From Synechococcus sp. (GTDB lineage Bacteria; Cyanobacteriota; Cyanobacteriia; Thermostichales; PCC-7336), in the NCBI GenBank assembly GCA_051439425.1, contig JBFRWD010000177.1, positions 1 to 45,329 on the forward strand: a stretch of DNA of 45,329 bases, written 5' to 3'. The translations under genes and the position numbers were made by a program. Under the pieces are notes generated by a model, which had not been told where the DNA came from, searched no databases, and worked only from the letters and a program-made list of their open reading frames with translations. This document shows, piece after piece, positions 22,115 to 31,192 of this stretch (the first letter of the stretch is position 1; each line of letters opens with the position of its first letter).

Positions 22115-22504
22115 TTGAGTAAAGAACGGGATGCTGTACTGGCGACAAATGACGCGTTTTACCGAGCGTTTGAGAAACGTAATTTCGAGATGATGGAAGC
22201 CGTGTGGTCGCAGGGAATGTCTAGCTTGTGTGCACATCCCGGTCGGTTGCCGTTGGAAGGGTGGACGAAGATTGGCACGTCTTGGCAGGGTATCTTTCGC
22301 AATATCGACTACATCGAAATCGAAACCGAGATTATGTCAGCGGAGGTGAATGGCGATCTGGCCTACGTTGTATTGGTAGAGAATGTGTTGCAGGTCGTCA
22401 AAAAACGGCGGATTGAAGCGCGATCGCTAGCTACGAATATATTCGAGCGCATGGGTGGGCAATGGTTTTTGATTCACCACCACGGCAGTCCAATTGTTAG
22501 TTGA
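22115..22504 (+). CDS. SnoaL-like / NTF2-family protein
   Basis: NDAFYRAFE...HPG...ATNIFER...W..IHHHGS pattern. Confidence 0.88.
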   Translation: MSKERDAVLATNDAFYRAFEKRNFEMMEAVWSQGMSSLCAHPGRLPLEGWTKIGTSWQGIFRNIDYIEIETEIMSAEVNGDLAYVVLVENVLQVVKKRRIEARSLATNIFERMGGQWFLIHHHGSPIVS

Positions 22505-22547
22505 GTAGCGGGTTTGTTAAGTCGCGGGTTTGTTGAGTAGCAGATTT
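22500..22547 (+). repeat. Three tandem 16-bp units GTTRAGTMGCRGRTTT
   Basis: gttgagtagcgggttt gttaagtcgcgggttt gttgagtagcagattt. Confidence 0.7.
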
Positions 22548-22578
22548 GTTTGAGCCGCGAGCGCGGGAGATCGTAACG

Positions 22579-23070
22579 ATGCGTCGCAAGACAGCCATTC
22601 TAGGCGGTGGAGTAGCGTTATCTTTTGCGCTGATGGGAGTTTATACCGTTCGCGCAGCGCAAAGCCGCCGGTATTACGGGATAGAATCTGCAGAGTTTCG
22701 CAGGACAGACATATCCAGTATGCAAGGGTTGCCATCCATCTCAGTGACAGAACTGCAGGCATTGTTAGACTCCTCAGCCGCTGGAGACATACAGCTGATT
22801 GACGTGCGGGAACCTCGCGAACTGGCGATCGCCAATCTCAATCACCTCGGATTTCAAAACTACCCCCTGGGCTCTTACGAGCAATGGGAGTCAACAATCG
22901 TCGACGAACTCAAACTCGGTGTCCCTACTTACGTTCTTTGCCATCACGGCATACGCTCGGCCCAAATGACAGCCTGGCTACTCAACCAAGGGTTTACCGA
23001 CGTTACCAATATCAACGGCGGTATTGATGCCTGGTCGAATCACGTTGATACCAGCATTCCTCAGTACTAA
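22579..23070 (+). CDS. Rhodanese-like domain protein with N-terminal hydrophobic segment
   Basis: LIDVRE, active-site CHHGIRS and NINGGIDAW motifs. Confidence 0.88.
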   Translation: MRRKTAILGGGVALSFALMGVYTVRAAQSRRYYGIESAEFRRTDISSMQGLPSISVTELQALLDSSAAGDIQLIDVREPRELAIANLNHLGFQNYPLGSYEQWESTIVDELKLGVPTYVLCHHGIRSAQMTAWLLNQGFTDVTNINGGIDAWSNHVDTSIPQY

Positions 23071-23086
23071 TCGCCCGTTCCCTTGC

Positions 23087-24004
23087 ATGCCCATTCCCAT
23101 CGTTTACCACCCGGACTACGTTGCCCCCCTCCCCGACCAGCACCGCTTTCCCATGCCCAAGTTCAAGCTGTTGTTTGACATGCTCGGGCAAGCAGGAATC
23201 GCGAAACCCGAATGGCATTTTTTGCCGGAGATGCCCGATCGCAAGACGCTGCAATTAGTTCATGCCCCCGACTACGTCGCAGCTTACTGTGACGGGACGC
23301 TAAATGCCAAAGCATTACGCCGGATTGGACTGCCCTGGAGTGAAGCAGTGGTGCGGCGCACCTGCCGAGCAATCGGCGGCACCGTGGAGGTGGCCAAACT
23401 AGCCCTCAGGTATGGATTAGCTTGCAATACTGCAGGGGGCACCCATCACGCATTTCCCACATACGGGTCGGGGTTTTGCATCTTTAACGATATTGCGATC
23501 GCCAGCAAAGTCTTGCAGCGGGAGCAACTGGCAAAACGCATTCTCATTGTGGATTTGGACGTGCACCAAGGGGATGGCTCAGCGGTCATTTTTCAAGACG
23601 ATCCCAACGTGTTCACCTTTTCTATGCATTGTCAGGCCAATTTCCCCGGCACAAAGCAGCAGAGTTCACTGGATGTTCCGCTGCCGGTGGGGATGCAAGA
23701 TGAAGCCTATTTAGAGCAGCTGGCCGAACACCTGCCCATCTTGCTCGATGAATTTCGACCCGACATCGTGTTTTACGACGCCGGGGTAGACCCCCACGAG
23801 AGCGATCGCTTGGGCAAGCTGGCCCTGACGAATACCGGACTGTACCGCCGAGAAATGCAGGTATTGAGTAGTTGTGTGGCGGCTGGCTATCCGGTAGCTT
23901 GCGTGATTGGTGGGGGCTATGCCAGCGACATGAACGAGCTAGTTTACCGACACTCGCTACTCCATCGAGCCGCCAATGAAGTCTTTCAGCATTACCGGCT
24001 CTAG
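23087..24004 (+). CDS. Histone deacetylase family protein
   Basis: HRFPMPKF, AGGTHHA, GFCIFND, DLDVHQGDG and GGGY motifs. Confidence 0.95.
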   Translation: MPIPIVYHPDYVAPLPDQHRFPMPKFKLLFDMLGQAGIAKPEWHFLPEMPDRKTLQLVHAPDYVAAYCDGTLNAKALRRIGLPWSEAVVRRTCRAIGGTVEVAKLALRYGLACNTAGGTHHAFPTYGSGFCIFNDIAIASKVLQREQLAKRILIVDLDVHQGDGSAVIFQDDPNVFTFSMHCQANFPGTKQQSSLDVPLPVGMQDEAYLEQLAEHLPILLDEFRPDIVFYDAGVDPHESDRLGKLALTNTGLYRREMQVLSSCVAAGYPVACVIGGGYASDMNELVYRHSLLHRAANEVFQHYRL

Positions 24005-24499
24005 TGGTTTATTCGGCTTGCGATGAGAGCATATCGTCAAGCAGCAACTATTTGGCAGCAAGCCAACCAGCTTTTAAGTCTTTCTGTTCAGCCTTGTTTC
24101 ACTGCGTTACGGGTGGTTTGTCCGTTGCGGCACTAAAACGCGGATCGGGTTGCAGGCCACTAAACAAAAGATCATCTAGATATCTTGTAAGTATTGGGCT
24201 GCATGCAACTGCGATCGTCCGCTGGGAGACAACATTCCATCGTCTCAACATCCCCAATACGTCAGCCTCTGGAAATCAGCGAGGACTCATAGATGAGGAC
24301 GACTCGATTGGAATGATTCTTTAATGGCATGTTCCTGCAGATTTGCAAACCCATGCCTAGCTTGGAAAATTCTCAGCAACATCTCAGGACTGCCAACAAG
24401 CGGTGCTGTAGTTTAGACACCTGTAGGACTGTTGTGTACAACTGATTATCGGTTCGATCTTCATCGATTCGAGTCACTCTCTCAGTTCCTGGCAGTACC

Positions 24500-24832
24500 A
24501 TGACCGACTATTACAAAGCCGAACATCTCCCGAATTTTAGCCACATTGGTGAAGGCAACCCCGAATTAGCAGAACAGTTCTTTGGGTATTACGGAGCTGT
24601 GTTTGCAGAGGGAGCGCTGAGTAAACGGGAAAAGGCGCTGATTGCTCTAGCAGTATCTCATGCTGTGCAATGTCCATACTGTATTGATGCTTATACCCAA
24701 GAATCGCTGCAGCAGGGATCGGATTTAGAGGAGATGACCGAAGCGGTGCATGTGGCATCGGCAATCCGAGGCGGGGCATCCCTGATTCACGGACTGCAAA
24801 TGCTCGATCGCGCCAATCAGTTGAGTATGTAG
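24500..24832 (+). CDS. AhpD/carboxymuconolactone decarboxylase-like protein, arsenosugar-cluster-associated type
   Basis: REKALIALAVSHAVQCPYCIDAY (CxxC); directly upstream of an ArsS-like gene. Confidence 0.88.
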   Translation: MTDYYKAEHLPNFSHIGEGNPELAEQFFGYYGAVFAEGALSKREKALIALAVSHAVQCPYCIDAYTQESLQQGSDLEEMTEAVHVASAIRGGASLIHGLQMLDRANQLSM

Positions 24833-24857
24833 CCTGCTCTTTGAGAGGCATCTTGCA

Positions 24858-26120
24858 ATGGAGGACCAATTGGATAGGTCATTAAGCAACGACAGGGTGA
24901 CCGATATCTCGCAGGTCGATTCCCCCGACAGGTCTTCGCCAGAGTCACAAGGTTCGCCAGAGTCGCCAGAAACACCAGAGTCACCAGAAACAGCCCAGCC
25001 AAAGACTGTCGGACTGGAACCGCTCGCTCTGGACATTCAGGCATCTGGCTCCAACCGAGTGCTATCTCTATTGCGACGGCGATCGCCTCTAGCGGCTCCC
25101 GAACGGCAGCTACAGGACTTAGATGCAGTTGACTTATCCTCAGCGAAGCAAACGGGAGATTTTGCTTGTGCCTTAGCTGCTTGCGAGCACGATCCCCTCG
25201 CTCCCACCCAACTGGAAATTTTCCAAATTAACATCGGCAAGTTGTGCAACATGACCTGCCGTCACTGTCATGTTGATGCTGGCCCCGATCGCACAACAGA
25301 AAATATGGATCGGGTCACAGTAGATGCCTGCTTGGCAGCTCTGGATCGGACGGATGCCCATACGGTGGATATCACAGGCGGGGCACCGGAACTTAATCCC
25401 CATTTTCGATATTTGGTGGACGAATGCGCCCAGCGGGGTAAGCATGTCATCGATCGCTGTAATCTCACCGTTCTGCTATTGCCCAATCAGCAAGATTTAC
25501 CGCAGTGGTTGGCAGAGCGTGGCGTGGAAATTGTGTGCTCGCTGCCCCACTACCGCCAGCGCAACACCGACAAACAGCGGGGGGATGGTACCTACGAAAA
25601 ATCAATCGAGGTACTGAAACGCTTGAATCAGGCGGGGTACGGTCAGGGGGATGCCCGACAGCGTCTCACCCTGATGACCAATCCAGTCGGAGCCTTTCTC
25701 GCAACCAATCAACAGCGGGCAGAGCAGGAGTGGAAGCGAGGGCTAGAGCGCAATCATGGAGTGACGTTCGATCGCCTCATTGCCCTCAATAACATGCCTA
25801 TTTCTCGATATCTGGAATGGCTGGAGCAGTCTGGAAATTTGCAGAGATATATGGAATTACTCGTCAATTCCTTTAACCCCGCTACAGTTGACGGTCTGAT
25901 GTGTCGCAACACGGTATCGATTGGGTGGGACGGCCGGATTTACGATTGTGACTTCAATCAAATGTTGGCATTGGATGCCCGTTTAAGGGACGGCAGCACC
26001 ACAACCATTCATGATTTCAATCCCCAGCAGTTCGCCCAGCGTCACATTGTCACGGCGCGCCATTGTTTTGGGTGTACCGCTGGAGCGGGAAGTTCTTGTG
26101 GTGGAGCAACTGAGGAGTAA
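24858..26120 (+). CDS. arsS: Arsenosugar biosynthesis radical SAM protein ArsS (Cys-rich C-terminal domain)
   Basis: QINIGKLCNMTCRHCHVDAGP (CxxxCxxC), DITGGAPELNP, IDRCNLT, LMCRN, YDCDFNQ and C-terminal HCFGCTAGAGSSCGG. Confidence 0.88.
   Translation: MEDQLDRSLSNDRVTDISQVDSPDRSSPESQGSPESPETPESPETAQPKTVGLEPLALDIQASGSNRVLSLLRRRSPLAAPERQLQDLDAVDLSSAKQTGDFACALAACEHDPLAPTQLEIFQINIGKLCNMTCRHCHVDAGPDRTTENMDRVTVDACLAALDRTDAHTVDITGGAPELNPHFRYLVDECAQRGKHVIDRCNLTVLLLPNQQDLPQWLAERGVEIVCSLPHYRQRNTDKQRGDGTYEKSIEVLKRLNQAGYGQGDARQRLTLMTNPVGAFLATNQQRAEQEWKRGLERNHGVTFDRLIALNNMPISRYLEWLEQSGNLQRYMELLVNSFNPATVDGLMCRNTVSIGWDGRIYDCDFNQMLALDARLRDGSTTTIHDFNPQQFAQRHIVTARHCFGCTAGAGSSCGGATEE
24936..24992 (+). repeat. 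9/18-bp coding tandem repeat (SPE/TPE) in the ArsS N-terminal extension
   Basis: tcgccagagtcacaaggt tcgccagagtcgccagaa acaccagagtcaccagaa aca. Confidence 0.75.
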
Positions 26121-27049
26121 TGGAGAAGCAGGTGATGGAGGTACGAGGTATGGATGACGCCAATAAAGATGGCATGACCGAAGCTGGGTGTGGATTGCCG
26201 CCTCAGCCGCAGTCGCTGAGTAAACAGGTGGTAACGATCCCTGACTCGGTGAACAGTGTTGCCCTCTGCGGTGGGCCTTACAGCAATTTTGTAGCGGTCG
26301 AGCAGTTTTTACAGGAAACGTCGTCACTTGAATGGCGATTTTGCTTGGGGGATATGGGTGGGTTTGGGGCATTTCCCGATCGCACCATCAACCGTCTCAG
26401 GGAAGCGGGCGTCATTGCTTTACAAGGAAACTATGACTATTCGGTGGGGCATGGCGAGCGAGACTGTGGCTGTGGCTATACCGATGCACGCGATCGCCAG
26501 TTCGCCCAAATCAGTTACGACTATACGCTGTCGAAAACATCGGTAGATAACCGCGAGTGGCTGCAATCGTTGCCCCAACTGATTGAAGTTCATTGGCGTA
26601 CCCAGCGACTGCTCCTCTGTCACGGCAGTCCCGACCGCGTCAACGAATTTGTCTGGGAAACAGAGACCGGAGATGCGCAAATCGAACGGTGGCTCGCAGA
26701 GCTTGGCCTGCAGGGGATCTGCGCCACTCATTCAGGCTTGCCTTGGACGCGACAGCTCACGAAAGGTTTTTGGTGCAATGTTGGTGTGTTGGGTCGACCG
26801 CCTCACAACGGTCAGCCCCATGTTTACTACGCTCGGCTGGATTATTCTGCCGCAGTCAATGCTCTTGTGCCTCAACTAGTGCCCATGACCTATGACACTA
26901 GTGCAGCGATCGCTGCCATGCGCTCCGAAGGCTTGCCGGAGGAATTTTGCGACAGTTTGCAATCGGGTATTTGGACGACGTGTGCAGAAATTTTGCCTGC
27001 AACTGAGCGGGAAGTGCGGCCCCGAATCGCGGCAGTTATCCAAACATAG
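26120..27049 (+). CDS. Calcineurin-like metallophosphoesterase-fold protein, Cys-rich, with degenerate motif I
   Basis: LGD, QGNYD and CHGSP motifs; GGPYSN in place of DxHxN; DCGCGY. Its start overlaps the arsS stop (TAATG). Confidence 0.82.
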   Translation: MEKQVMEVRGMDDANKDGMTEAGCGLPPQPQSLSKQVVTIPDSVNSVALCGGPYSNFVAVEQFLQETSSLEWRFCLGDMGGFGAFPDRTINRLREAGVIALQGNYDYSVGHGERDCGCGYTDARDRQFAQISYDYTLSKTSVDNREWLQSLPQLIEVHWRTQRLLLCHGSPDRVNEFVWETETGDAQIERWLAELGLQGICATHSGLPWTRQLTKGFWCNVGVLGRPPHNGQPHVYYARLDYSAAVNALVPQLVPMTYDTSAAIAAMRSEGLPEEFCDSLQSGIWTTCAEILPATEREVRPRIAAVIQT

Positions 27050-27131
27050 CTGCGAGCGGAATGACTCGGACTCGACTCCACTCTGGAGTGGTGTACACAT
27101 CCCCGCACTTTTGAACAAACGTAAGGTGAAC

Positions 27132-28121
27132 ATGCTTAAGTCAAGTGCCAAGAATTCGACATTCTCTCGACAAAGGCCTTCATTCGGATCGGTGCAGCTA
27201 GGTCGCAGTTGGAAGGGAGCTGGCATTGCTGCCATATCGGCGATCGCGCTAGCTGCTTGCGGCGGTACGTCAACGACGACGTCGACAGATACCTCTGGGG
27301 ATGCTGCAAACGCGATCGAAGTCTTGGAATTTGGGGTGGGGCCTTATTTTCCAACTCCCAACGAAACCCGCGAGCAGTTCGAGCCCCTGTTTGAAGCCAT
27401 TGCTGCCGAAGCTGGAGTGGAAGCCAAAGTGGTGGTAACAGAAGACTGGATCGGCATTTCCGAGGCGCTGCGATCCGGCACGCTGGATGTTGCGTGGTTG
27501 GGGCCGTGGGGATTTGTCCTGGCAGAGCACAACGAGCCGTCACTAGAGGCGATCGCCACAGTCAAATACAACGAAGAGCCTATCTACTACTCAATTTTGA
27601 TGGCCAAGGCGGATGCTCCATTCGATTCCTTGGCAGAAGCGATTGAGTTGAGCGCAGCCAGCGACGAACTGCTCTCCCTGAGTCTGGCGGATGTGGGTTC
27701 TACTTCCGGCTGGCTCATCCCCAGTGCCGAATTTTTGGAGCTAGAAGTCGATCCCGAAACTGCCTTTGATTACAGCGAAGGGGCCAGTCATGCAGCCCAG
27801 GCGATCGCGGTACTTAGCGAACAAGTGGATATCGCCTCCGACTTCGACCGCAACTTGGACGTGCTGGACAGCACCGGTCGCATCGAACGGGAAGAGTTGA
27901 AGATAGTCTGGCAGTCCGATCCACTCCCCAACGACCCGATTGTGGTGCGCGGAGGGTTGCCTGAAGAGATCAAGACCGCCCTGCAGGACGCTCTTATCAG
28001 CATTACTCCAGAAGACGCCGAGACTCTCCTACCCGAAAACTACACCGGTTTTATCTCCTCCGACGGCAGCAACTATCAGCCCATTCGCGACGCCGGTTCC
28101 AGCCTCGGTAAATTGCAGTGA
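27132..28121 (+). CDS. PhnD/PtxB/HtxB-family ABC substrate-binding lipoprotein
   Basis: Lipobox LAAC, GSTSG, GASH and PND motifs; SD-like AAGGTG before ATG 27132. Confidence 0.9.
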   Translation: MLKSSAKNSTFSRQRPSFGSVQLGRSWKGAGIAAISAIALAACGGTSTTTSTDTSGDAANAIEVLEFGVGPYFPTPNETREQFEPLFEAIAAEAGVEAKVVVTEDWIGISEALRSGTLDVAWLGPWGFVLAEHNEPSLEAIATVKYNEEPIYYSILMAKADAPFDSLAEAIELSAASDELLSLSLADVGSTSGWLIPSAEFLELEVDPETAFDYSEGASHAAQAIAVLSEQVDIASDFDRNLDVLDSTGRIEREELKIVWQSDPLPNDPIVVRGGLPEEIKTALQDALISITPEDAETLLPENYTGFISSDGSNYQPIRDAGSSLGKLQ

Positions 28122-28987
28122 CGGTTAGACAACCGCCCCTTGTTCCACCCTCTGCCCCCGAAACTGAGGTGCGGCTGAACGATCGCCTGGATGCCATTTT
28201 GACAGCCGATCGCCAGCGCAACCAGGGGGTAGGGGTCTTACTGCGCCGGGGGTTCTGGACGGCGGTGCTGGTGGCAGTACTGGTGGCCAGTGCCCGACAA
28301 GCTGAGGTTTCCCTGGCAGAATTCCTGGAAGGGATTCCCCGGCTCACTCGCTGGGTGTCGGAACTGTGGCCCCCAGACTTTGCCGAGCTACCATCGTTTG
28401 CGGTCGCAACCTGGGAAACACTGGCAATCGCGATCGTCGGCACTCTGGTGGCGGCTGTATCGGCCCTACCCTTATCCCTAATCGTGGCCCGTAACGTTAC
28501 TCCAGTTCAGTGGTTGGGGGCTCCCGTACGAGGGGTGCTAAACCTGTTGCGGGGGATCGACACGGCGATTTTTGCCCTGTTCTTTGTCGCTGTGGTAGGA
28601 CTGGGGCCATTTGCTGGTGTGTTGGGGGTAATGTGCCACACCACCGGCTCGATGGCCAAACTGTATGCCGAGGTACTGGAGACGTTGCCTGCCGAACCCT
28701 TGGAGGCCATGGAAGCGACGGGGACCGATCGCTGGCGAACGATTGCCTTTGCCGTGTTGCCGGAAGCGTTGCCAGCTCTAGTCGGTATTAGCCTGTATCT
28801 CTGGGAAGTTAACGTGCGCTCCTCTGTGATTTTAGGAATCGTAGGGGCGGGAGGCATTGGCTACGAGTTATCCGTCAGCTTGAAATTACTGGATTTTGGA
28901 CGATTAACGACGTTGCTAATCCTGATTTTGGTGATGGTGACGACCATCGATGGAATCAGTGCGTGGTTGCGACATCGTTTGAAGTAA
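28118..28987 (+). CDS. phnE: PhnE/PtxC-family ABC permease
   Basis: ETLAIA, VGLGPFAG, KLYAE, NVRSS..LGIVGAGGIG motifs; GTGA overlap with the upstream gene. Confidence 0.9.
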   Translation: MTVRQPPLVPPSAPETEVRLNDRLDAILTADRQRNQGVGVLLRRGFWTAVLVAVLVASARQAEVSLAEFLEGIPRLTRWVSELWPPDFAELPSFAVATWETLAIAIVGTLVAAVSALPLSLIVARNVTPVQWLGAPVRGVLNLLRGIDTAIFALFFVAVVGLGPFAGVLGVMCHTTGSMAKLYAEVLETLPAEPLEAMEATGTDRWRTIAFAVLPEALPALVGISLYLWEVNVRSSVILGIVGAGGIGYELSVSLKLLDFGRLTTLLILILVMVTTIDGISAWLRHRLK

Positions 28988-29046
28988 CTCTTGGTCATCC
29001 CCAATCTGAATATCCCGGTTGAACTCACAGCAGACTTTCTATCTAC

Positions 29047-29817
29047 ATGTTTCGAATTAGTGGCTTGACCAAACAATATGGCGATCGCACGGTACTCAAA
29101 GATATTGGTGTCGAGATCGCTCCGCGCACGTTCACAGCAGTGTTGGGGCCGAGCGGGGCTGGCAAAACGACGTTGATGCGCTGCTTAATGGGATTGGTGC
29201 AGCCAGATCGGGGAGAGATTTGGTATGGAGATCGCAATATCGTCCGGGCCCGCCCGCAGGATATGCGCGGTATTCGCCGCCAGATGGCGGTGGTGGCGCA
29301 GCAGTTTAACTTGGTGCGTCGTCGCACTGCTCTCGATAATTGCTTAGCCGGACGCTTGCCGGAACTTCCCTTGTGGCGCTGTTTGCTGAGCTGGTTTCCG
29401 CAGCCCCTCAAACGGGATGCCCTAATGGCCTTAGAACGAGTGCAATTGCTGGATGTGGCCTTGCAACGAGCCGATCGCCTCTCAGGAGGACAGCAACAAC
29501 GGGTCGCGATCGCCCGCGCTATCACGCAGAAAGCCTGCATCATCCTAGCCGATGAGCCCATTTCCAGCCTCGACCCAGAATCCGCTCGCATCGTTCTGGA
29601 CTTACTACGTTCTCTGTGCGATCGTGACGGCATCACAGTGATCTGTAACCTGCATCAAGCTTCGCTGGCACTTGACTATAGCGATCGCATCTTGGGGATG
29701 AAATCCGGGCGGTTAGTGTTGGATAAAGCGGCGGCGGATGTGACGGAGTTCGACCTCGATAGCCTGTATCAATCAAGCCAGCAGTGGGCGATCGGGTCAC
29801 GTGTTCTCGGACGGTGA
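29047..29817 (+). CDS. phnC: PhnC/PtxA-family ABC ATP-binding protein
   Basis: [40 protein letters not shown] and NLHQ motifs. Confidence 0.9.
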   Translation: MFRISGLTKQYGDRTVLKDIGVEIAPRTFTAVLGPSGAGKTTLMRCLMGLVQPDRGEIWYGDRNIVRARPQDMRGIRRQMAVVAQQFNLVRRRTALDNCLAGRLPELPLWRCLLSWFPQPLKRDALMALERVQLLDVALQRADRLSGGQQQRVAIARAITQKACIILADEPISSLDPESARIVLDLLRSLCDRDGITVICNLHQASLALDYSDRILGMKSGRLVLDKAAADVTEFDLDSLYQSSQQWAIGSRVLGR

Positions 29818-29922
29818 CTGCAGAGTTGTTTCAGGGGCGAGTTACTGTTAGCGGCGAGCTGACAACGAAACCAAGCGATCTGTCTTCCCCATTTACTCTG
29901 AAGATCGGGTCGATCCCTCACA

Positions 29923-31005
29923 ATGAAACTATTGAACTCGCCTCTCTCCCCTATGACCTTTCCGACCTATACGCCACCGCTGTTCCTGCGCGACGGCATG
30001 GCCATGACCGTCTATGCGGCCCTGAAAACCGGCAAAACCTGGGAGCAGCAGACAGTTGAAGCCGAGCCAGACTACCGAGAGCATATATTCCAAGGAGCTG
30101 GGGAGACGCCAATTTTTGCTTGGGTGGCGATGCCTCAGCGACCGCGCGGCACGTGGGTGGCAACTTACGGAATTACCGGAACGCTGAATAATCAGTGGTT
30201 TTTGCGGGTGTTGGGTCGCAAAGCCTTTGCCCAAAATTACGCAGTAGTGCTGTTTGATTGGCGGGCTCACGGCAAAACCGCAGAATTGTCTCCCACCCTG
30301 ACCTCCGATGGGTTGTATGAGGGAGAGGATTTTGTTTGTATTGCGGAACAGTCTAAAGCGTTGGGATGTCCAGCACCATTTTGGCTAGCGGGTTATTCGC
30401 TGGGGGGACAGTTGGCTCTGTGGGGGGCGAAGGCGTCTCAGAGCATAGACCCGAGCGATCATCCTAATCTGCAGGCGGATGAGATTGGTGGAGCAGCAGC
30501 CATTTGTCCCAGTTTAGAATCTCACCGATCGCTCTCATACTTAGTCAGAAGTCCGTTAGGAAAAAAGCTAGAACAACGGATTGCTCAAGAGCTCAAGAAG
30601 CTAGCCTGGCGCATTCACGATGCCCATCCGGGGGCGCTAGATGCAGCCGCGATCGAGCGAGCGACCAGTATTTGGGGATTCGATCGCGAGCTAGTCATTC
30701 CTCCACTAGGATTTCCCACTGTTGAGGATTACTACGCCGCCACAAGTCCGTTGTATATCCTGCCGCAGCTCGACAAACCCACTTTAATTATCTATGCCGA
30801 GGACGATCCGATGTTCGATCCGACGCTTGTGCCTGATTTGCGCGCAGCTTGCGATCTCAATCCCGCCCTCACTTCAGTCATCACTCAATTTGGCGGTCAC
30901 GTTGGATATATCAGCAGCGCTAACTGTCAGAAAGATGCCGGGGATACCGATCCGTGGTGGGCATGGAACCGGGTTTTAGATTGGGCAACAACGACAGATG
31001 CATAA
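29923..31005 (+). CDS. YheT-like alpha/beta hydrolase
   Basis: FDWRAHG, nucleophile GYSLGG, AEDDP and GGHVG motifs. Confidence 0.88.
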   Translation: MKLLNSPLSPMTFPTYTPPLFLRDGMAMTVYAALKTGKTWEQQTVEAEPDYREHIFQGAGETPIFAWVAMPQRPRGTWVATYGITGTLNNQWFLRVLGRKAFAQNYAVVLFDWRAHGKTAELSPTLTSDGLYEGEDFVCIAEQSKALGCPAPFWLAGYSLGGQLALWGAKASQSIDPSDHPNLQADEIGGAAAICPSLESHRSLSYLVRSPLGKKLEQRIAQELKKLAWRIHDAHPGALDAAAIERATSIWGFDRELVIPPLGFPTVEDYYAATSPLYILPQLDKPTLIIYAEDDPMFDPTLVPDLRAACDLNPALTSVITQFGGHVGYISSANCQKDAGDTDPWWAWNRVLDWATTTDA

Positions 31006-31192
31006 CTTGCTAGCTGTGCCAGTGCCCTCGAAGGACAAACAGACAATCGATTGGCAACTCACACTACATCTTGCTATCCCAATTTAGACTTCAATAGGTC
31101 TACCTAAGACAGTCATTGTCACAAACCAACGGTGACGAACTTAAGGGACCGGTCTGCCAGAACACTGGCCTGTTTATCTCTGCTCGTACTAC

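Noticed and set aside
22500..22560. Short repeats here and at 5301-5341 as CRISPR arrays
   Set aside because: The units abut with no unique spacers, are too short, and no cas genes are present.
26090..26120. Selenocysteine recoding in ArsS
   Set aside because: The GSSCGG cysteine is encoded by TGT and the ORF has no in-frame TGA.
27132..29817. Standard phosphonate (C-P lyase) or phosphite-oxidation operon
   Set aside because: No phnG-M, ptxD or htxA in the window, and no obvious Pho box seen. This is not excluded genome-wide.
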